This document shows positions 62,548 through 64,000 of a DNA stretch of 64,000 nt, in pieces. The notes below the pieces were generated by a model that worked only from the letters and a program-made list of their open reading frames with translations, ran no database searches and was not told the DNA's origin. Within the stretch, counting starts at the first letter, position 1. Each line of letters opens with the position of its first letter. Source of the stretch: an uncultured Acidobacteriota bacterium (GTDB lineage Bacteria; Acidobacteriota; Vicinamibacteria; Vicinamibacterales; 2-12-FULL-66-21); contig CAVVQQ010000003.1 of the NCBI GenBank assembly GCA_963750475.1, forward strand, positions 413,698 through 477,697, read 5' to 3'. Both the position numbers and the translations under genes were made by a program.

Positions 62548-64000
62548 ATGACGATGAGCGACGAAACCGCGCCGCCGCCAGCCGCGTCTCCCGCGCAATC
62601 CGACCATGAGGCCGGCGAGGCCCTCAGGGCCGCGCGGGCGCTGCAGGCGGCGATCCTCGATGCCGCCCTCGATCCCATCATCGTCATGGACGCCGGCGGC
62701 CTCGTCCGCGAGTTCAACCCCGCGGCGGAACGGACGTTCGGCTACCCGCGCGCCGCGGTGATCGGACGGGAGATGGCATCGTTCATCATCCCGGAGCGCT
62801 TTCGTGACGCCCATCGGAACGCACTCGCGGGCGTCGTCCGGACCGGCGAGGGCCGGCTCCTCGGGCAGCGCGTCGAGTTGATCGGGCTGCGCGCCGACGG
62901 ATCGGAGTTTCCGGTCGAACTGACGATCGCGCGCACCACCGGTCACGGTGCGCCGCTCTTTACCGGGTACCTCCGCGACATCACGGTGCGGGCGCGAGAC
63001 GACCAGGCCCTGCTCGATCGGACCCGGCTGGCGTCGCTGGCCGCCGACGTCGGCACTACGTTGACGCGCGCCGAGACTTTGACAGAGATGCTCGACGGCT
63101 GCGCCAAAGCGGTCGTCCGGCGGCTCGACGCGGCCTTTGCCAGAATCTGGACGCTCGACGCGGCCGGGCAGGTGCTGGAGCTGCAGGCAAGCGCCGGCAT
63201 GTACACCCATCTCGACGGCCCGCACGGCCGGGTGCCGGTCGGCAAGTTCAAGATCGGGCTGATCGCCGCCGAGCGCGCTCCGCACCTGACGAACCAGGTG
63301 GTGGGCGATTCCCGGGTCGGCGATCAGCAGTGGGCGAAGCGCGAGGGCATGGTCGCCTTCGCCGGCTACCCGCTGATGATCCGGGACGAGATCATCGGCG
63401 TGCTCGCGATGTTCAGCCGGCGGCCGTTGAGCGACGCCGACTTCGAAGGGTTGGCGACAGTCGCCAACGGCATCGCGCTCGGCGTCGCCCGGCAACGGGG
63501 CGTCGAGGCGCTGCGCGACCGCGCCGACCAGCTGGCGGGACTGGCTGCTCAGCTGGAGCGCACCAATGCCGAGCTCGATCAGTTCGCCTACGTGGCCTCG
63601 CACGATCTCAAGGCACCGCTGCGCGGCATCGCCAACCTGTCGGAGTGGATCGAGGAGGACCTCGGCGATCGGGTGCCGGAGGCGAGCCGGCAGCACCTGA
63701 CGCTGATGCGCGGCCGCGTCCATCGCATGGAGGCGCTGATCGACGGTATGCTCGCCTACTCGCGCGCGGGACGCATCCGCGGCGCGGCCGAACTGGTCGA
63801 TACCCGGCAGCTCGCCCAGGAGGTCGTCGAACTGCTCGGCGCCCGCCCCGATGTCCGCATCGAGATCGACACCGGCCTGCCGACCCTGCTGACCGAGCGG
63901 CTGCCGCTGCAGCAGGTGTTCCTCAACCTTGTCGGCAACGCAATCAAGCACAACCGCTCCGCCAGCCCGGCCATCCGGATCGGCGGCGCCCCGTCGCCGG
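62548..64000 (+). CDS. PAS-GAF sensor histidine kinase (partial, runs off window)
   Basis: Open plus-strand frame: PAS (FNPAAERTFGY, RADGSEFPVEL), GAF (LQASAGMYTHLDG, AFAGYPL), H-box ASHDLKAPLRGI, N-box QVFLNLVGNAIKH. Confidence 0.93.
   Translation, partial: MTMSDETAPPPAASPAQSDHEAGEALRAARALQAAILDAALDPIIVMDAGGLVREFNPAAERTFGYPRAAVIGREMASFIIPERFRDAHRNALAGVVRTGEGRLLGQRVELIGLRADGSEFPVELTIARTTGHGAPLFTGYLRDITVRARDDQALLDRTRLASLAADVGTTLTRAETLTEMLDGCAKAVVRRLDAAFARIWTLDAAGQVLELQASAGMYTHLDGPHGRVPVGKFKIGLIAAERAPHLTNQVVGDSRVGDQQWAKREGMVAFAGYPLMIRDEIIGVLAMFSRRPLSDADFEGLATVANGIALGVARQRGVEALRDRADQLAGLAAQLERTNAELDQFAYVASHDLKAPLRGIANLSEWIEEDLGDRVPEASRQHLTLMRGRVHRMEALIDGMLAYSRAGRIRGAAELVDTRQLAQEVVELLGARPDVRIEIDTGLPTLLTERLPLQQVFLNLVGNAIKHNRSASPAIRIGGAPSP

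Overview
High-GC bacterial chromosomal window. Gene content and protein style suggest Acidobacteriota, possibly Vicinamibacteria-like (inference). In order, it contains: the end of a biotin-dependent carboxylase operon running into tamB, an Omp85 gene and a SurA-like gene; a convergent nine-gene envelope glycosylation cluster (3 GT-C type, 4 GT4, a methyltransferase, a CPBP protease); a sigma-54 two-component module; class II ribonucleotide reductase nrdJ with tandem NrdR boxes and a ~180-nt foldable leader; assorted accessory genes; a secreted phospholipase-D/lectin-repeat protein; a peptidase-VOC-GMC-esterase run; an IS element; a decayed nuclease/defence patch (HNH, Mrr-like, DUF5131 and TcmP stubs, vapBC); a XylR-type activator with a complete sigma-54 promoter driving yceI; a di-heme oxidoreductase; and a PAS-GAF kinase cut by the window end. 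Many genes carry single-base frameshifts, densest at 21.4-28.5, 31.8-33.0 and 37.5-38.3 kb, which look like read or assembly errors. I found no rRNA, tRNA or CRISPR array. The best novelty candidates are two unannotated structured non-coding elements (the nrdJ leader, and a pseudoknotted element at ~51.0-51.2 kb), a structured element inside the IS 3' end, and the nuclease cassette between convergent DUF5131 and TcmP stubs. All family assignments come from motif recognition by eye and all RNA folds were paired by hand; no searches were run.
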